Assembly (NCBI GenBank): GCA_963733035.1
Contig: CAVTBU010000004.1
Location: 384,001-448,000 of the forward strand
From: Pirellulales bacterium
GTDB lineage: Bacteria; Planctomycetota; Planctomycetia; Pirellulales; PALSA-1355
Direction of reading: 5' to 3'
DNA: 64,000 nucleotides
In this document: positions 51,064-62,708 of the stretch, in pieces
Layout: every line of letters begins with the position of its first letter
Position numbering within the stretch: the first letter of the stretch is position 1
Made by a program: the position numbers and the translations under genes
Notes under the pieces: generated by a model
Told to the model about the DNA's origin: nothing
Databases searched by the model: none
The model's input: only the letters and a program-made list of their open reading frames with translations

Positions 51064-51768
51064 TCAGTGAAGCAGGCCGTCGGCGTTCGGATGTTTTCGA
51101 TCCCACTGTTCCTCGGCCGCGGTCCGACGAAAATACTGTGGCGCCAGCTGCAGCACATCGCCGCGTCTTCCGGAGGCGAATAGCTGCCAGCCGATCCACC
51201 CCACCGAGGCCGCGGTCGGTTGCCACAACGCTGGCCGCACCACGCACACGCCCGGACACAGGCGCTCTGCCCACTTCCGCAGCCCCGGACCGGTAATCCA
51301 GCTACCTTCTTTCAAATCGGAAATCAATCGTTCGGCGGGCACGATTCGCGTGGACTCCTCGCCGACGAACATTCCGCTGGAATCTCGCGAAAGTTCGGCA
51401 GAGAACAACTCATTTCGCTGGGCGTCGATGACCGCCGTGAATTGACGTACTTCGACAGGCACGCGGCAGCCAATGGCAAGCATCGAATGGACGCCCAGAA
51501 CCTGACAGCCCGTCGCGTAGGCGAAGGTCTTGGCCGTGGTAACACCAATTCGCAGCCCCGTAAACGAGCCCGGCCCGGTGGCCACGGTGACCAATTCCAC
51601 GCTGTCGGGTTGCCAACCAACCTGCTTCAGGAGTTGGTCGATGCCAGGCACCAGCGACCGCGCACTGCGCTGCGTGGGATCAAGCACCCGCTCGGCCACA
51701 GGTGTGCCGTCCACAAGCGCGGCCACCGACCCTGTCTTGTCGACCGTTTCAATTGCCAGAATCCGCAT
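51064..51768 (-). CDS. tsaB: tRNA threonylcarbamoyladenosine biosynthesis protein TsaB
   Basis: MRILAIET, GPGSFTGLRIG, IDAQRNE, LAPQYFR. Confidence 0.95.
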   Translation of the reverse strand: MRILAIETVDKTGSVAALVDGTPVAERVLDPTQRSARSLVPGIDQLLKQVGWQPDSVELVTVATGPGSFTGLRIGVTTAKTFAYATGCQVLGVHSMLAIGCRVPVEVRQFTAVIDAQRNELFSAELSRDSSGMFVGEESTRIVPAERLISDLKEGSWITGPGLRKWAERLCPGVCVVRPALWQPTAASVGWIGWQLFASGRRGDVLQLAPQYFRRTAAEEQWDRKHPNADGLLH

Positions 51769-51992
51769 TCGTTGGCCACCGAGGGGCTGGAAAGTGTCGT
51801 TCACAAGCGGCGTCGACAAAGAATTCGACGTTCGTAATTTCTCTAGAAAGCAAAGCCTTCACAAGGTGTATTGACGGCGTCAGCCACATTTGGAGCCAGG
51901 AGAGCGACCCAAACAATTGCATCGGCAGACGTTAATGCGTTATACTCCGCGGCGGCAGCGATGCTCGCCAGTGCGATTTTGGAGCACGGATC

Positions 51993-53395
51993 ATGTCCCA
52001 TGCGAACGGTTTGACTCGGCACGGCCACGCCCACCTCCAGGCAACCGGTTCCCAACCGCTGTTGCCCCCCGCGACGGACTTGGTGCGAATCGGCTCGCGA
52101 CGCTGGTTTCTGCAAACCGGGCTGGCCGGATTGGCCGGACTTTCCTTGGCCGACACCCTTCGCTCGGCGGTTCACGCGGCTCCCACGGGAGCAACAGGAC
52201 CCAAAGGGCGAAAGGCCGTGATCCTGTTTTGGTTGTCGGGTGGTCCCAGCCATATCGACATGTGGGACCCCAAGCCGAGCGCGCCCGCGGAAATACGCGG
52301 TCCTTATCGAACCGTATCGACCAACGTTCCGGGCATTCAGGTTTGCGAGCATTTACCGCTCCAAGCCAAAATCATGGACAAGCTCTCGATCATCCGCTCG
52401 GTCGATTGCTCGGCCAGCAATCATACGCCGATCACCATGCAGGCCGGCAATCCGCTGGCACGGCGCACCGACGACGGCAACGACGGCGGCGGCTACCCTT
52501 CGATGGGTTCGGTGGCTGCCAGGTTTCGTGGCCCGAACGTGCCTGGCATGCCCTCGTTCGTGGGTCTGGCCGACAGCATGAAGGCCGACGTATGGGCGCG
52601 GGCCACATGGGCAACCAGTACGAGCCCCTGCAGGGCAAGGAATTGACTGGCCGACTGGCGATGCCCAAGGGGATCGACGTCGCTCGATTGCAAGACCGCC
52701 ACGAACTTCGCCAACAGTTCGACCGGCTTAACCGCGAATTGCAACGTACGGCGGCGCTGCAACCGACCGACCGCTACACGCAGATGGCCTACGACATGGT
52801 CGTCTCTGGAGAAGTGCAGCGAGCGTTCGACGTGGCACGGGAGAGCGACGCGACGCGCGATGCTTACGGCCGCGAGAGCATCGGTGAGAAGGCTCTGCTT
52901 GCTCGACGGTTGGTGGAGGCCGGCGTGACTTTCGTGCTGGTCAGCGGCGCCTGGGGCTACTTCGACCACCACGGAGACGAAGTGCGCTGGGGGGGCATCG
53001 AAAAGGGACTCACTCCCCTGCTCCCCAGGGTCGATCGCGTGATGTACGCCCTCGTTAGCGACCTCCAACAGCGAGGTCTGCTTGATTCAACTTTGGTCCT
53101 CATGATGGGCGAATTTGGCCGTTCTCCGGTCATGACCCAAACAGCCGGTCGCGGGCACTGGACGCCGGTGATGTCCATGCTGGTGGCGGGAGGCGGATTG
53201 CCATGCGGCCAGGTGATCGGTAGCACGGACGACAAGGGTTATGCCATCCAACACGGTCGAGTCACGCCGCAGGACTTGGCCGCCACCACCTTCCGCCACT
53301 TGGGCATCGACCCAAGCGCGTATTGGACCAACTCGCAGGGTCGACCGATTCCGATTATTCAAGAAGGCGGCCGGCCGATTCCGGAACTTAGCTAG
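51993..53395 (+). CDS. DUF1501 domain protein; apparent frameshift ~52596
   Basis: SRRWFLQ Tat-like motif, GGPSHIDMWDPKP, LLARRLVEAGV, MGEFGRSP, GRGHW. Confidence 0.9.
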
Positions 53396-53425
53396 CACAT
53401 TGGCCGCCGACGAACGCGTCGGGGA

Positions 53426-55773
53426 CTACGGCTGCGTGCCCAACAGACGCTTCGATTCTTCGAGCAGGAAGGTGGCGTCGGTAAACGGCTCGTAGCTGAT
53501 GTCGTGCCAGCGAATGAGCCCCTGGCTATCGATCAGAAACACCCCGTGCAGCGGCATGTTTTCAAAGTCGTCGAAGGCCCGATACGACTTGAACACGTTC
53601 ATTTGAGGGTCGGCAGCCAAGGCAAACGGCACGGATTCGTTGAGAGACAGCTTGGCCAGCGATCCTTGCAGTGTGTCGAGCGGCTCGCTGGAAATGGCCG
53701 CGAGCGAAATACCGGCCGCCTCGAACTTGGCCGTTTCCGGAGCAAATTTCTGAATCTGTTCGACACAGTGCAGGCATCCGGAACCGAGATAGAAAATCAA
53801 GACCAGAGGGCGACCATGATAGTTTTGAAGCGAAACGTTTCGACCGTCGGCACCCGCTAGCGTCCAACTGACGGCCGGCGTCGGCGCCCAGCGAAATGGC
53901 CCGAGGGTCGATAGGTCGGGGCGCTGTCCCACATCGACCGACGCTTGACGCAAACCGCGCCAATCTTCGGGTAGGCCAAATTCCTTCGCGATTGGAGCAA
54001 GGCGTTGGAAGACGCGCGCGTCGAGATCGGCGTAGGCGGCCAAGGGCGCAACTTCTCGAACTGGGCACGGGCGTCTGCCTTCTTGTCGGCCCGATAGAGC
54101 ACCTCGACAAGCACGGCCTGCGGATAGACCTCGCCGGGGCTCTTCTCGGCGTGCTCGCGAGCGATCGTCTCGGCCCGCGCATGATCGCCTGCCAGCGAAT
54201 GCAGCCGCGCCAGGTGGTCCTGCTGGAGATCCGAAGCGTCCTTCAGTTTTTCCAATTCGACTTTCGCAGTCGCCTGGTCACCGCCCGCGAGCGCCGCAAC
54301 TGCCTTCAACTCGGCGATCGCCAGTTCGATCTTTCGTACGGACGCAGCCTTCAATTGCAGCGCGTCAGCCATGGCCTTCGCGATGTCGGCTTCCGACTTT
54401 TTCTCGCCGCGGGCTTTGGACTCGGCCTCGTCCGCCGCCTTCACGCGTGCCGCGCGTTGCTCGTCGAGCAAAGCCTCCAGGGCCGCAATCTGCTTTTTTC
54501 CCGCAGCCGGGTTGTTCAACCCGAACTGCGCGAGTCCTGTTAGCCTGTCGCGATCGAGTCGCTCGTCCGTGTCGTCAGGGCTCGCGTCAAACAACATCTT
54601 TCCCGCGTCGCCAACGATCGCATCCCAGCATTCGTACTGCTCCAGGACGTTCCGAAGCCGCTCATGGCCGAAGCTCGCGCTGGTGCCGCGCTTGTCGCGC
54701 GTGTTGTACTTCGGGTGTCGGGGGAGCGAGATCATGTTTTCCGCCAGGGCAATCGCGTCGTGCAGACGCCCCAAAAACGCCAGGTTCCGTATCAGCCATT
54801 CGTTGTTGTGGGCGTAATTGTGAATTTGGTCAGGCAGAATGCCGTCGCGCATCATGTGAGCATGATCCGCGCGTGCCGAGGCCTCCTGCTGCCAAACCGC
54901 GTCGGCATAGCGATGGAGCCGCGAATAGATATGCCCCGGCATGTGCCACATATGGGCAATACCCGGCGAGCTCTGGCCACCCAACGACGCCGAAATCAGC
55001 GCGCGAGCTGGCTTTTCGGAATCCCAGAGATGAATTCGATAGTGATGCGCCGGGTGCATCGGATTGAGTGCAAAGACCTGATCCAACAAGGCGTCGACCG
55101 CCTGGTGGCTGGATATCGGCAGTTGCTTTTTCTTTTCGGTCATCCAACTGCCGTTCTTCCAGATTTGCAGGGCAAGAAACGCCTTCGCCTCGACGTCGTT
55201 CGGATCATCTTGCACCAGGGCCTCCAGGTCGCGAACGTATTTGCGCCGCCGCTCGGTGTTGTCCTCGCTGGCATACCAGGCCGACAGGGCGTCGATCCAG
55301 GCCGCCTCGCGTGCAGACGCGCTACCCTTCTTTTTGGCCGCCGTTTCGATGAACGACTTGGCCCGTTTGTCGTTGTTATCGTTGGCCATCGCCATGCCCC
55401 AATAGGCCATGGCACATTCGGGATCGAGCGCTGCCACCTGACGAAAGGAACGTTCGGCTTCGAAGTACCAGAACCCGTGCAATTGCGACACGCCCTGATC
55501 AAAAAATGCCTGTGCATCAGGCGCATTGGTAGTAATGGGAAAGTGCACGTTTGCCATGCCGGCCATCAAATAGGCTTTTTGCCGGGGACCTTCATCAAAC
55601 GCCTCGCCGTGCATCGAATGCCCGGGTTGAATCTCGGCGTCCGTGGATTTCGCCTCGGATTTAGCGGTTTCCGCGGGAGGCGCGTCAGTACTCGCGTCCT
55701 TTTCGGCGGCGTTGCCGTGGGACCACCAGGTGAGTGCAAGAATCAAGGACAGCAAACTTGTTCGCGGAAACAT
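53426..55773 (-). CDS. Secreted TPR-repeat protein fused to a C-terminal AhpC/TSA redoxin domain; apparent frameshift ~54045
   Basis: AQAFFDQG...HGFWYFEAERSF, AHHYRIH, HMWHMPGHIY in ORF 53857-55797; FYLGSGCLHC, HGVFLID in ORF 53426-54043. Confidence 0.8.
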
Positions 55774-55976
55774 CTGTACCTCGGCGGGGATGAACAACGC
55801 ATGGCGGGAAATCAGAGCATCCGCTCAACCTTACCGCCGGCCTCGGGCGAATGCAACTTTCCGCAAATCGTCGAAGTTGGGTTTGTTGCCAAAACGATAT
55901 ACTTCAGTAGATCACTGGGCCAAGTGGCTGAACGCCATCCGCGCGACACACATTTCGACGATAGGAAGAAACGGGC

Positions 55977-56759
55977 ATGAGCATCTTTGATCGTTTTCGT
56001 CTCGACGGAAAACGCCTGTTTATCACCGGCGGAAGCCGCGGTTTGGGGCGGGAGATGGCAATTGCCCTGGCCGATGCCGGCGCCGATGTCGTGCTTGCCG
56101 CGCGAGACGCCGCGGCGCTCGAAGATACCGCCTCCACAATTCGTGCGCTCGGACGCGATGCTGTGACGATCGCCGCTGATTTGAGTCAGCCCGATACTTG
56201 TCAGTCGGTCTGCGAACAAGTCATCGGAGATCATGGGCCAATTGATGTCCTAATCAACAATGTGGGCGGTCGACGGTACAACATCCCGATGGGACAGATG
56301 CCGCTCGACAAATGGGAGGAGATCCTGCGGCTGAATCTGACGAGTACCTTTGTCTGTACACAGGTCATCGGCAGTTCGATGCTTGCCGCCCGACATGGTG
56401 GGCGAATCATCAATATCGCCTCGATGTCGGGAATGATCGTCAACCGGGGCATCGGCGGACGCAGCTACGAGACTGCCAAAGCGGCCGTCATTCATTTCAC
56501 CAAGACCACCGCGGCCGATTGGGCGCCCCATGGCATTACCGCCAATGCCATTTGTCCGGGGTTCTTCATGACGGATCCCAACGTGCGATGGTCGCAGCAG
56601 CATCCCAAGCTGTTTTCGCTTTACAAAGAACAGATTCCCATGGGGCACTTTGGCCAGGCCGAGGACGTTGGTCCGCTTGCCCTTTATCTGGCCAGTGATG
56701 CATCGCGTTACGTGACGGGGGCAACGTTCGTCATCGACGGTGGCTACATGCTATGGTAA
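55977..56759 (+). CDS. Classical SDR oxidoreductase (gluconate 5-dehydrogenase-like)
   Basis: TGGSRGLG, NNVG, YETAK, ICPG, IDGGY. Confidence 0.9.
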   Translation: MSIFDRFRLDGKRLFITGGSRGLGREMAIALADAGADVVLAARDAAALEDTASTIRALGRDAVTIAADLSQPDTCQSVCEQVIGDHGPIDVLINNVGGRRYNIPMGQMPLDKWEEILRLNLTSTFVCTQVIGSSMLAARHGGRIINIASMSGMIVNRGIGGRSYETAKAAVIHFTKTTAADWAPHGITANAICPGFFMTDPNVRWSQQHPKLFSLYKEQIPMGHFGQAEDVGPLALYLASDASRYVTGATFVIDGGYMLW

Positions 56760-56911
56760 TGGCCCAAGCACCTTGGTTGTCGATCTCGAGACGCATTTTC
56801 ACAAACCGGGATGCTTAGCGGGTTATTTACCGCCGGATCGCGGCTGGTGCTGGATTTGTCACCCGCGGTGTTCGTAGAATGGTCACGTTCCGTCACCATG
56901 GGAGGACTCCG

Positions 56912-57832
56912 ATGCACCGCTGTCGTTGCAACTTGTTTTGCCGAATTTTGTACTTCTCTTGCCTCGTTCCGCTGGCGATTCCGTTTTCCGTGTCGGCCGC
57001 CGAACCGGATACCAAGCTGCGAATTATTTGCTTCGGTGCCCACCCGGATGATGCGGAGTTCAAAGCTGCCGGAGTTGCAGCCAAATGGGCGGCGGCCGGG
57101 CATCAGGTGAAATTCGTCTCGGTCACCAATGGCGATATCGGCCACTGGCGGATTGCCGGTGGCCCCTTGGCGCAGCGCCGCGGCCACGAGGTTCAGCAAG
57201 CAGCCAAGGTGCTGGGGATCGAGACCGAAGTGCTCGACATTCACGACGGCGAACTCGAGCCCACGCTCGAAAACCGCCGAAAGATCACAAGACTCATTCG
57301 CGACTGGCAGGCCGACGTGGTAATGTCGCATCGACCGAACGACTATCATCCAGACCACCGCTACACAGGCATCTTGGTCCAGGACGCGGCGTTCATGGTT
57401 ACGGTGCCTTTCTTCTGCCCGGACACACCGCCGCTCCAAAAGAACCCGGCGTTTTTCTATTACTCCGACCGTTTTCAGAAACCGAATCCTTTCACGCCCG
57501 ACGTGATCGTGGCGATTGACGACGTGCTCGACAAGAAACTAGAGGCGGTGCACTCCCTACCTTCGCAAGTCTATGAGGGAGGGGCCTCGGGTTCCGAGGA
57601 ATTTGAGTCCGAGATTCCCAAGGATGATGCCGGCCGTCGCGCCTGGGCGAAGAAAGTCCACGGCGGACGATACGCGGCCGTGGCCGACAAGTACCGCGAT
57701 GCTTTGATCAAGTGGTATGGAGCCGAACAGGGCAAACGCGTCGCGTACGCCGAGGCCTTCGAGATTTGCGAATACGGCCGTCAGCCGGACGAAGCCGAGC
57801 TGAAGAAGCTGTTCCCGTTTTTCGGACCGTGA
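56912..57832 (+). CDS. PIG-L/LmbE family deacetylase, exported
   Basis: GAHPDDAE, VTNGD, YHPDH, AEAFE; GGAGG RBS; signal peptide. Confidence 0.92.
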   Translation: MHRCRCNLFCRILYFSCLVPLAIPFSVSAAEPDTKLRIICFGAHPDDAEFKAAGVAAKWAAAGHQVKFVSVTNGDIGHWRIAGGPLAQRRGHEVQQAAKVLGIETEVLDIHDGELEPTLENRRKITRLIRDWQADVVMSHRPNDYHPDHRYTGILVQDAAFMVTVPFFCPDTPPLQKNPAFFYYSDRFQKPNPFTPDVIVAIDDVLDKKLEAVHSLPSQVYEGGASGSEEFESEIPKDDAGRRAWAKKVHGGRYAAVADKYRDALIKWYGAEQGKRVAYAEAFEICEYGRQPDEAELKKLFPFFGP

Positions 57833-57863
57833 GCAGGTACTTGGCCAATCTTCAAATTAAAGT

Positions 57864-57898
57864 GCCCCGGAGAAAGTCGGACCGACTCTCCCCGGGGC
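57864..57898. terminator. Hairpin between convergent genes, probable terminator
   Basis: GCCCCGG-AGAAAGTCGG-A-CCGACTCTC-CCCGGGGC; T-rich tail on the minus strand. Confidence 0.6.
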
Positions 57899-57934
57899 CC
57901 TGGTTCGATTCGATCAACCACGCCGTCCATGCGT

Positions 57935-58570
57935 CTAGCGTCGTGCGCCAGGCGGAGCAATTGGGCGGTTGGTGGTCGGCGGCGTGGTGCCACGGTTCAG
58001 GCCATCGAGGACCACCGAGGTGACGTCGAGATTGTTTTGATACACGATCGGTTTGTGAATTTCCTGCAAAATGATCCGCGGGTCGGTCAAATTGGGCGGG
58101 TCAGGATTGTCTCGCAGAACGATCTGCGTGCCGGATGCCTGCGAGAACCGAGCCAGCTCGTCGCCAAGCTCTTTCATCAATCCCATGACGATCTTTGCTT
58201 CACTGTCGCGGATGTCATCGGTAATGCGTTTTCCCTTAATCTCGTAGTCCGCCCGCATCTTCAGCAGATCCTGCTCGAGCTGCTTCCGTTTTGGGGAATT
58301 CGACGGTAGTTGCCGTAGCTCTTCGGTCAGCTGATTTCCGCGCTCGCCGTCCTTCTTGAGTTCCTCGGCCTTGGCCTCGTACTGGGCCTTCAGCTTCTCC
58401 ATCGCCGCATTGAAGCGATTCGAGCTCTTCATGATTACGCCCGTATCGACCAGCGCAGCGCCCGTTTTCGAAGTGGCCGGACTCTGCGGACGTTGGGCCA
58501 ACGTGGGAAGCGCCGCCAGCAACCCGATACAACCGGCTATGCCAAACGCGACCACCAATGACTTATTCAT
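57935..58570 (-). CDS. skp: OmpH/Skp family outer-membrane chaperone
   Basis: Signal peptide, ALVDTGVIMK, long coiled coil, IVYQNNLDVTSVVL. Confidence 0.85.
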   Translation of the reverse strand: MNKSLVVAFGIAGCIGLLAALPTLAQRPQSPATSKTGAALVDTGVIMKSSNRFNAAMEKLKAQYEAKAEELKKDGERGNQLTEELRQLPSNSPKRKQLEQDLLKMRADYEIKGKRITDDIRDSEAKIVMGLMKELGDELARFSQASGTQIVLRDNPDPPNLTDPRIILQEIHKPIVYQNNLDVTSVVLDGLNRGTTPPTTNRPIAPPGARR

Positions 58571-58876
58571 CTCTGCAGAACTCCTTCCAACTGCAAATCG
58601 GAACGAAAATGTGCAAAAAAAGGGGCTCTCGCAAAGGTCACCCCTTCACCCCGTTTTTCGCGGGCGGTATTCTGCCGACAACGCGGTGCGGGGTAAAGGT
58701 CAATTGGACCTCCGTTTAACGGTTTTTCGCCTGCCGCTGGGTCAACTTGCGAGATATGGTTACCTTACGGCAAGCGGGTGACATCGTTTCCCGCGCCGCA
58801 TCCCCAACACGGTGCGGCCCGCACACGACCTTCCCGGTACGTGAGCTGCCAACATTTATCCGAGGAGCTGGTTCGC

Positions 58877-59428
58877 ATGACGCATCCGTGGCACGACGTT
58901 ACGCCCGGAGAAAGCCTGCCGCGCGAGTTCACGGCGGTCATCGAGATTCCGATGGGTTCGAGCGTGAAATACGAGCTCGATAAGAAGACCGGGTTGCTGC
59001 GCCTGGACCGCATCCTGTATTCGGCCGTCTTTTATCCCGCGAATTATGGTTTCATTCCCCAGACACTGGCCGAGGATGACGACCCGCTCGACGTGCTGGT
59101 ATTGTGCCAAGAGGCGGTGGCCCCCCTCACGCTAGTGCACGCCCGCGCCATCGGATTGATGACGATGATCGACACCGGTCGTCGCGATCATAAGATTCTC
59201 GCTGTGGCATCCGACGATCCGGAGTACCATGGCGTTCGCGATTGCCGCGAGCTGCCTTCACATCGGCTAATGATGTTGCGACGGTTTTTCCAGGACTACA
59301 AGACACTCGAACAAAAGGCCGTTGAAGTCGACGATTTTCAGGAGGCGGCAGCAACGCTGCCCGTAATCGAAGCAGCTTTGCAGGCCTACAGCACCCAACG
59401 CCGACGCGGCTTTCACGTTCCCGATTGA
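58877..59428 (+). CDS. ppa: Inorganic pyrophosphatase (family I)
   Basis: HPWHD, KYELDK, YPANYGFIPQT, DDDPLDVLV, FFQDYK; GAGGAG RBS. Confidence 0.96.
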   Translation: MTHPWHDVTPGESLPREFTAVIEIPMGSSVKYELDKKTGLLRLDRILYSAVFYPANYGFIPQTLAEDDDPLDVLVLCQEAVAPLTLVHARAIGLMTMIDTGRRDHKILAVASDDPEYHGVRDCRELPSHRLMMLRRFFQDYKTLEQKAVEVDDFQEAAATLPVIEAALQAYSTQRRRGFHVPD

Positions 59429-59460
59429 CCCTCGACCTCGGCGACTTTCGCCGCGCATGC

Positions 59461-61047
59461 ATGTCGATTCCCGGAATCACGATCAACCCGTACGACGAAC
59501 TCCCGTTTCCCACCCAGCCGTTGCCTCAAAGTCATCCGGACCGGTTGGCAGCCGTTGCGCATTTGTTTGGAATCCCCTCGCCACCGGCAAGTCGCTGCCG
59601 GGTGCTGGAGTTGGGCTGCGCCACCGGCTGCAACATCATTCCCATGGCGGACCGCTTTCCCGAAAGCGAGTTCGTGGGTGTCGACTACTCGCGCTCACAG
59701 TTGCTTGTTGGCGAGCGTCAGGCTGCTCAGCTTCAGCTATCAAACCTCAAGCTGCTGCATGCCAATCTGGCGGATCTGGGCAACTCGCTCGGACAGTTCG
59801 ACTACATCATTTGCCACGGCGTCTTCTCCTGGGTGTCGACGGATCTACAGGACAAGATTCTGGAGCTGTGCCGCTCGTTGCTTACGCCACAAGGCGTTGG
59901 TTACATCAGCTACAACGTCTATCCGGGCTGGCATATGCGGATGTCGCTGCGAGATATGATCTTGAGCAGTACGTCGGATTGCGCCGGTATCAACGAACGA
60001 CTCGCAAAAGGGCGCGAAGTGCTCGAATTCGTGGCCAAAGCAGCCGCGCGCGAGGCGACACCCTATGCCCAGCTTCTCAAGGCGGACGCCGAGACCATCC
60101 TCAAGACGCCGGACGGCTATATCTACCACGAGTATTTTGAGGCCGAAAATCATCCCATCTACTTCCACGAATTTGCTTCGCGTATTTCTCGCTACGATCT
60201 GCAATATCTCGGCGAGACGTCGCTGGCACTGATGTTCATGAGCAACTTCGGGCCACACGTGGAAGACCAGTCAACGAAAATGGGCCTCGACCTGGTCGCC
60301 ACTGAACAGCATCTGGATGTGATTGCCAACAGCGGCTTTCGCCAGTCGCTCGTTTGTCACTCGAACATTACCCCAAACAGAAACCTTTCAGATAAGAGCC
60401 TCGAAGGACTGTACTTCTATGGTCGCATGGCACCCGAGAATCCGGCCATTGACCTGCGAGCCACGGGCACGGAAGCGTTTCAGTCGCCAAGAGGACTAAC
60501 CCTCTCCACATCCGCTCCGGCGCTCAAGGCCGCGCTCTGCTATATGAACGATCAATGGCCGCGTGCGTTTACACTGGACGAGTTGCTCGTGGCCGCGGGC
60601 CGCCTGGTCGGGGTGCAAGAGACCGCTGCCAGTCGCCCACCCGAGGCAGCAAGAGAAGCCTTCGGACAAAACCTCGCGCGTTGCCTGGTAAACGGCCTCA
60701 TCGATGCCAACAGCGCCCCGGACGACTTCGTCAGCACGATCAGTGAACGTCCCCAAGCAAGCCGCCTGGCTCGGCTTGAAGCACAAGGGGGGAACACGAT
60801 TACAAATCGTCGTCACGAGTCGGTCAAAATCGACGACGCCAGTCGACATATTCTCATGTATCTCGACGGTCAACATGACTGGCCGGCACTATTGCAGGAG
60901 CTGATCGAAGCCGTTAATCGAGGCGACGTTTCGATTCTGGTGGGCGGTCTGCCCGCGAAAGACGGCCATGCCGTGGCGCAAATCCTGGAACAAACCCTCA
61001 ATCAGTCCTTACAAAGCCTCGCCGCCAATTCCCTGTTGATCGCATAA
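59461..61047 (+). CDS. Class I SAM methyltransferase with methyltransferase-regulatory domain (Rickettsia PKMT-like), copy 1
   Basis: YDELPF..SHPDRL, VLELGCATGCN, FDYIICHGVFSW, SYNVYPGW, YHEY, FRQSLVCH. Confidence 0.88.
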   Translation: MSIPGITINPYDELPFPTQPLPQSHPDRLAAVAHLFGIPSPPASRCRVLELGCATGCNIIPMADRFPESEFVGVDYSRSQLLVGERQAAQLQLSNLKLLHANLADLGNSLGQFDYIICHGVFSWVSTDLQDKILELCRSLLTPQGVGYISYNVYPGWHMRMSLRDMILSSTSDCAGINERLAKGREVLEFVAKAAAREATPYAQLLKADAETILKTPDGYIYHEYFEAENHPIYFHEFASRISRYDLQYLGETSLALMFMSNFGPHVEDQSTKMGLDLVATEQHLDVIANSGFRQSLVCHSNITPNRNLSDKSLEGLYFYGRMAPENPAIDLRATGTEAFQSPRGLTLSTSAPALKAALCYMNDQWPRAFTLDELLVAAGRLVGVQETAASRPPEAAREAFGQNLARCLVNGLIDANSAPDDFVSTISERPQASRLARLEAQGGNTITNRRHESVKIDDASRHILMYLDGQHDWPALLQELIEAVNRGDVSILVGGLPAKDGHAVAQILEQTLNQSLQSLAANSLLIA

Positions 61048-61112
61048 CTGGGGGCAGCCACCGATTCGGGGCCATCATCGAGACGAATTCACCGAATTCC
61101 CAAAGCCGAACG

Positions 61113-62685
61113 ATGTCGCAAACCTTGGCTCAGCCGTACGACAATGTCCGTTTTCCCAGTTTGCCAATCGCGCGCTCACAGCCCGACTTCCTGGCCAGCG
61201 TCGCACAACTACGAGGCGTTCGGCCCACCGCGCCAAGTCGCGCGCGTGCTCGAATTAGGATGCGCCGCCGGACAGAATCTGTTGCCGCTCGCCGAGCGGT
61301 TTCCCGAGGCAAGCTTTGTGGGAGTGGACATCTCTCCCAATGAAATAGCCGCCGCGAAACAGCTGGCCGGCGAATTGGAACTGTCGAACGTCGAGTTCCG
61401 ACAGCAGGACATTCTTGCCGTCGATGCCTCGCTTGGCACGTTCGATTACATCGTGGCCCACGGCGTTTACTCTTGGGTCGAGCAGCCCGTGCGCGAAAAA
61501 CTCCTGACGATTTGCCGAGACAATCTGGCCGCCCAGGGAGTCGCATACGTCAACTACAAAACCTATCCAGGTTGGCGCCTGCACGACATGGTCCGTCACA
61601 TGATGCTTTACGACTCGCGGAATGCCGCTAGTTCTGCGGAGAAAATGACTCGCGTGCGGATGTTCCTCGATTTTCTCTCTCAGTGTTTCGACAACGACAC
61701 GGCATACAGCCAACTGATCCGGCAAGAAACGCAGCCGCTGGCCCTGCAAAGCGACGCTTATCTCTGGCACGACCATCTGGCTCCGGTAAGCCACCCGGTA
61801 CGCTTCGAGCAGTTCGCTTCCGAATCAGAGAAGCACGACTTGCAGATTCTTGGCGAGGCAACGCTGGGCATCCGGCCGACCGACTCGTTAGACGCCGATC
61901 TTGAACAACAGCTTGCCGCGATTACTTCCGACCCGATCAAACAAGAACAGCTGCGCAACATGGTCCGCAACCGCGCCTTGCGTCAATCGCTGTTATGTCA
62001 TCGCGAAATCGAGCTTAGTCCAACCATGTCGTCGGAGTTGCTGCTAGGCATGTATCTGGCCGGCAACCTGCGGCCCACGACCGCGACGGTGGACCTCGCC
62101 TCCACGGATGTCGCCCATTTCACGTCCGTCGGCGGCGCGAGGGTCGGCACCGCGCTCCCGTTGGCCAAAGCGGCCCTCCTGCATCTCGGTGAAATCTGGC
62201 CATCGTCAATCAGGACGGAGGAACTGCTGTCGGCCGCCGCCGCAAGAATTGACGAAACCACCGCAGCGGCGACACTGCCGCCCGATAGTATTCATCGACT
62301 GCGCGACAACCTGCTGCATTGTTGCCTGGCCCAGGTCGTGCAGGTTCGGGCGGAACCCGACGCGTTTGTCCCGCGGCCAAGCGATCGCCCGATGGCCAGT
62401 CCCCTGGCGCGGTGGAGGGCCGCTCGCACGGATATCGTGGCCAATCGTCGACACGACGCGGTTAAATTGGACTCGTTCGATCGGCACGTGTTGTGCTTGC
62501 TCGACGGCGAACACGACACCGATCAACTGCTTGAACAATTGGTCCAGGCGGCCGAGAAGGGGCAGCTCGTGGTGACCGATAGCGAGCGTCACGCGAAGTC
62601 TGGCGCTGAGGTGCGTCAGGCGTTTGCCGAAGCGCTGCCGGAGGCGCTCAACCGGCTCGCCCACTCCGCGCTGCTGATAGCCTAG
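61113..62685 (+). CDS. PKMT-like SAM methyltransferase, copy 2; apparent frameshift ~61243
   Basis: PYDNVRFP in ORF 61113-61343; VLELGCAAGQN, FDYIVAHGVYSW, NYKTYPGW, LRQSLLCH in ORF 61144-62685. Confidence 0.85.
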
Positions 62686-62708
62686 TGCAACGTGCTCCGC
62701 GGCAGACT

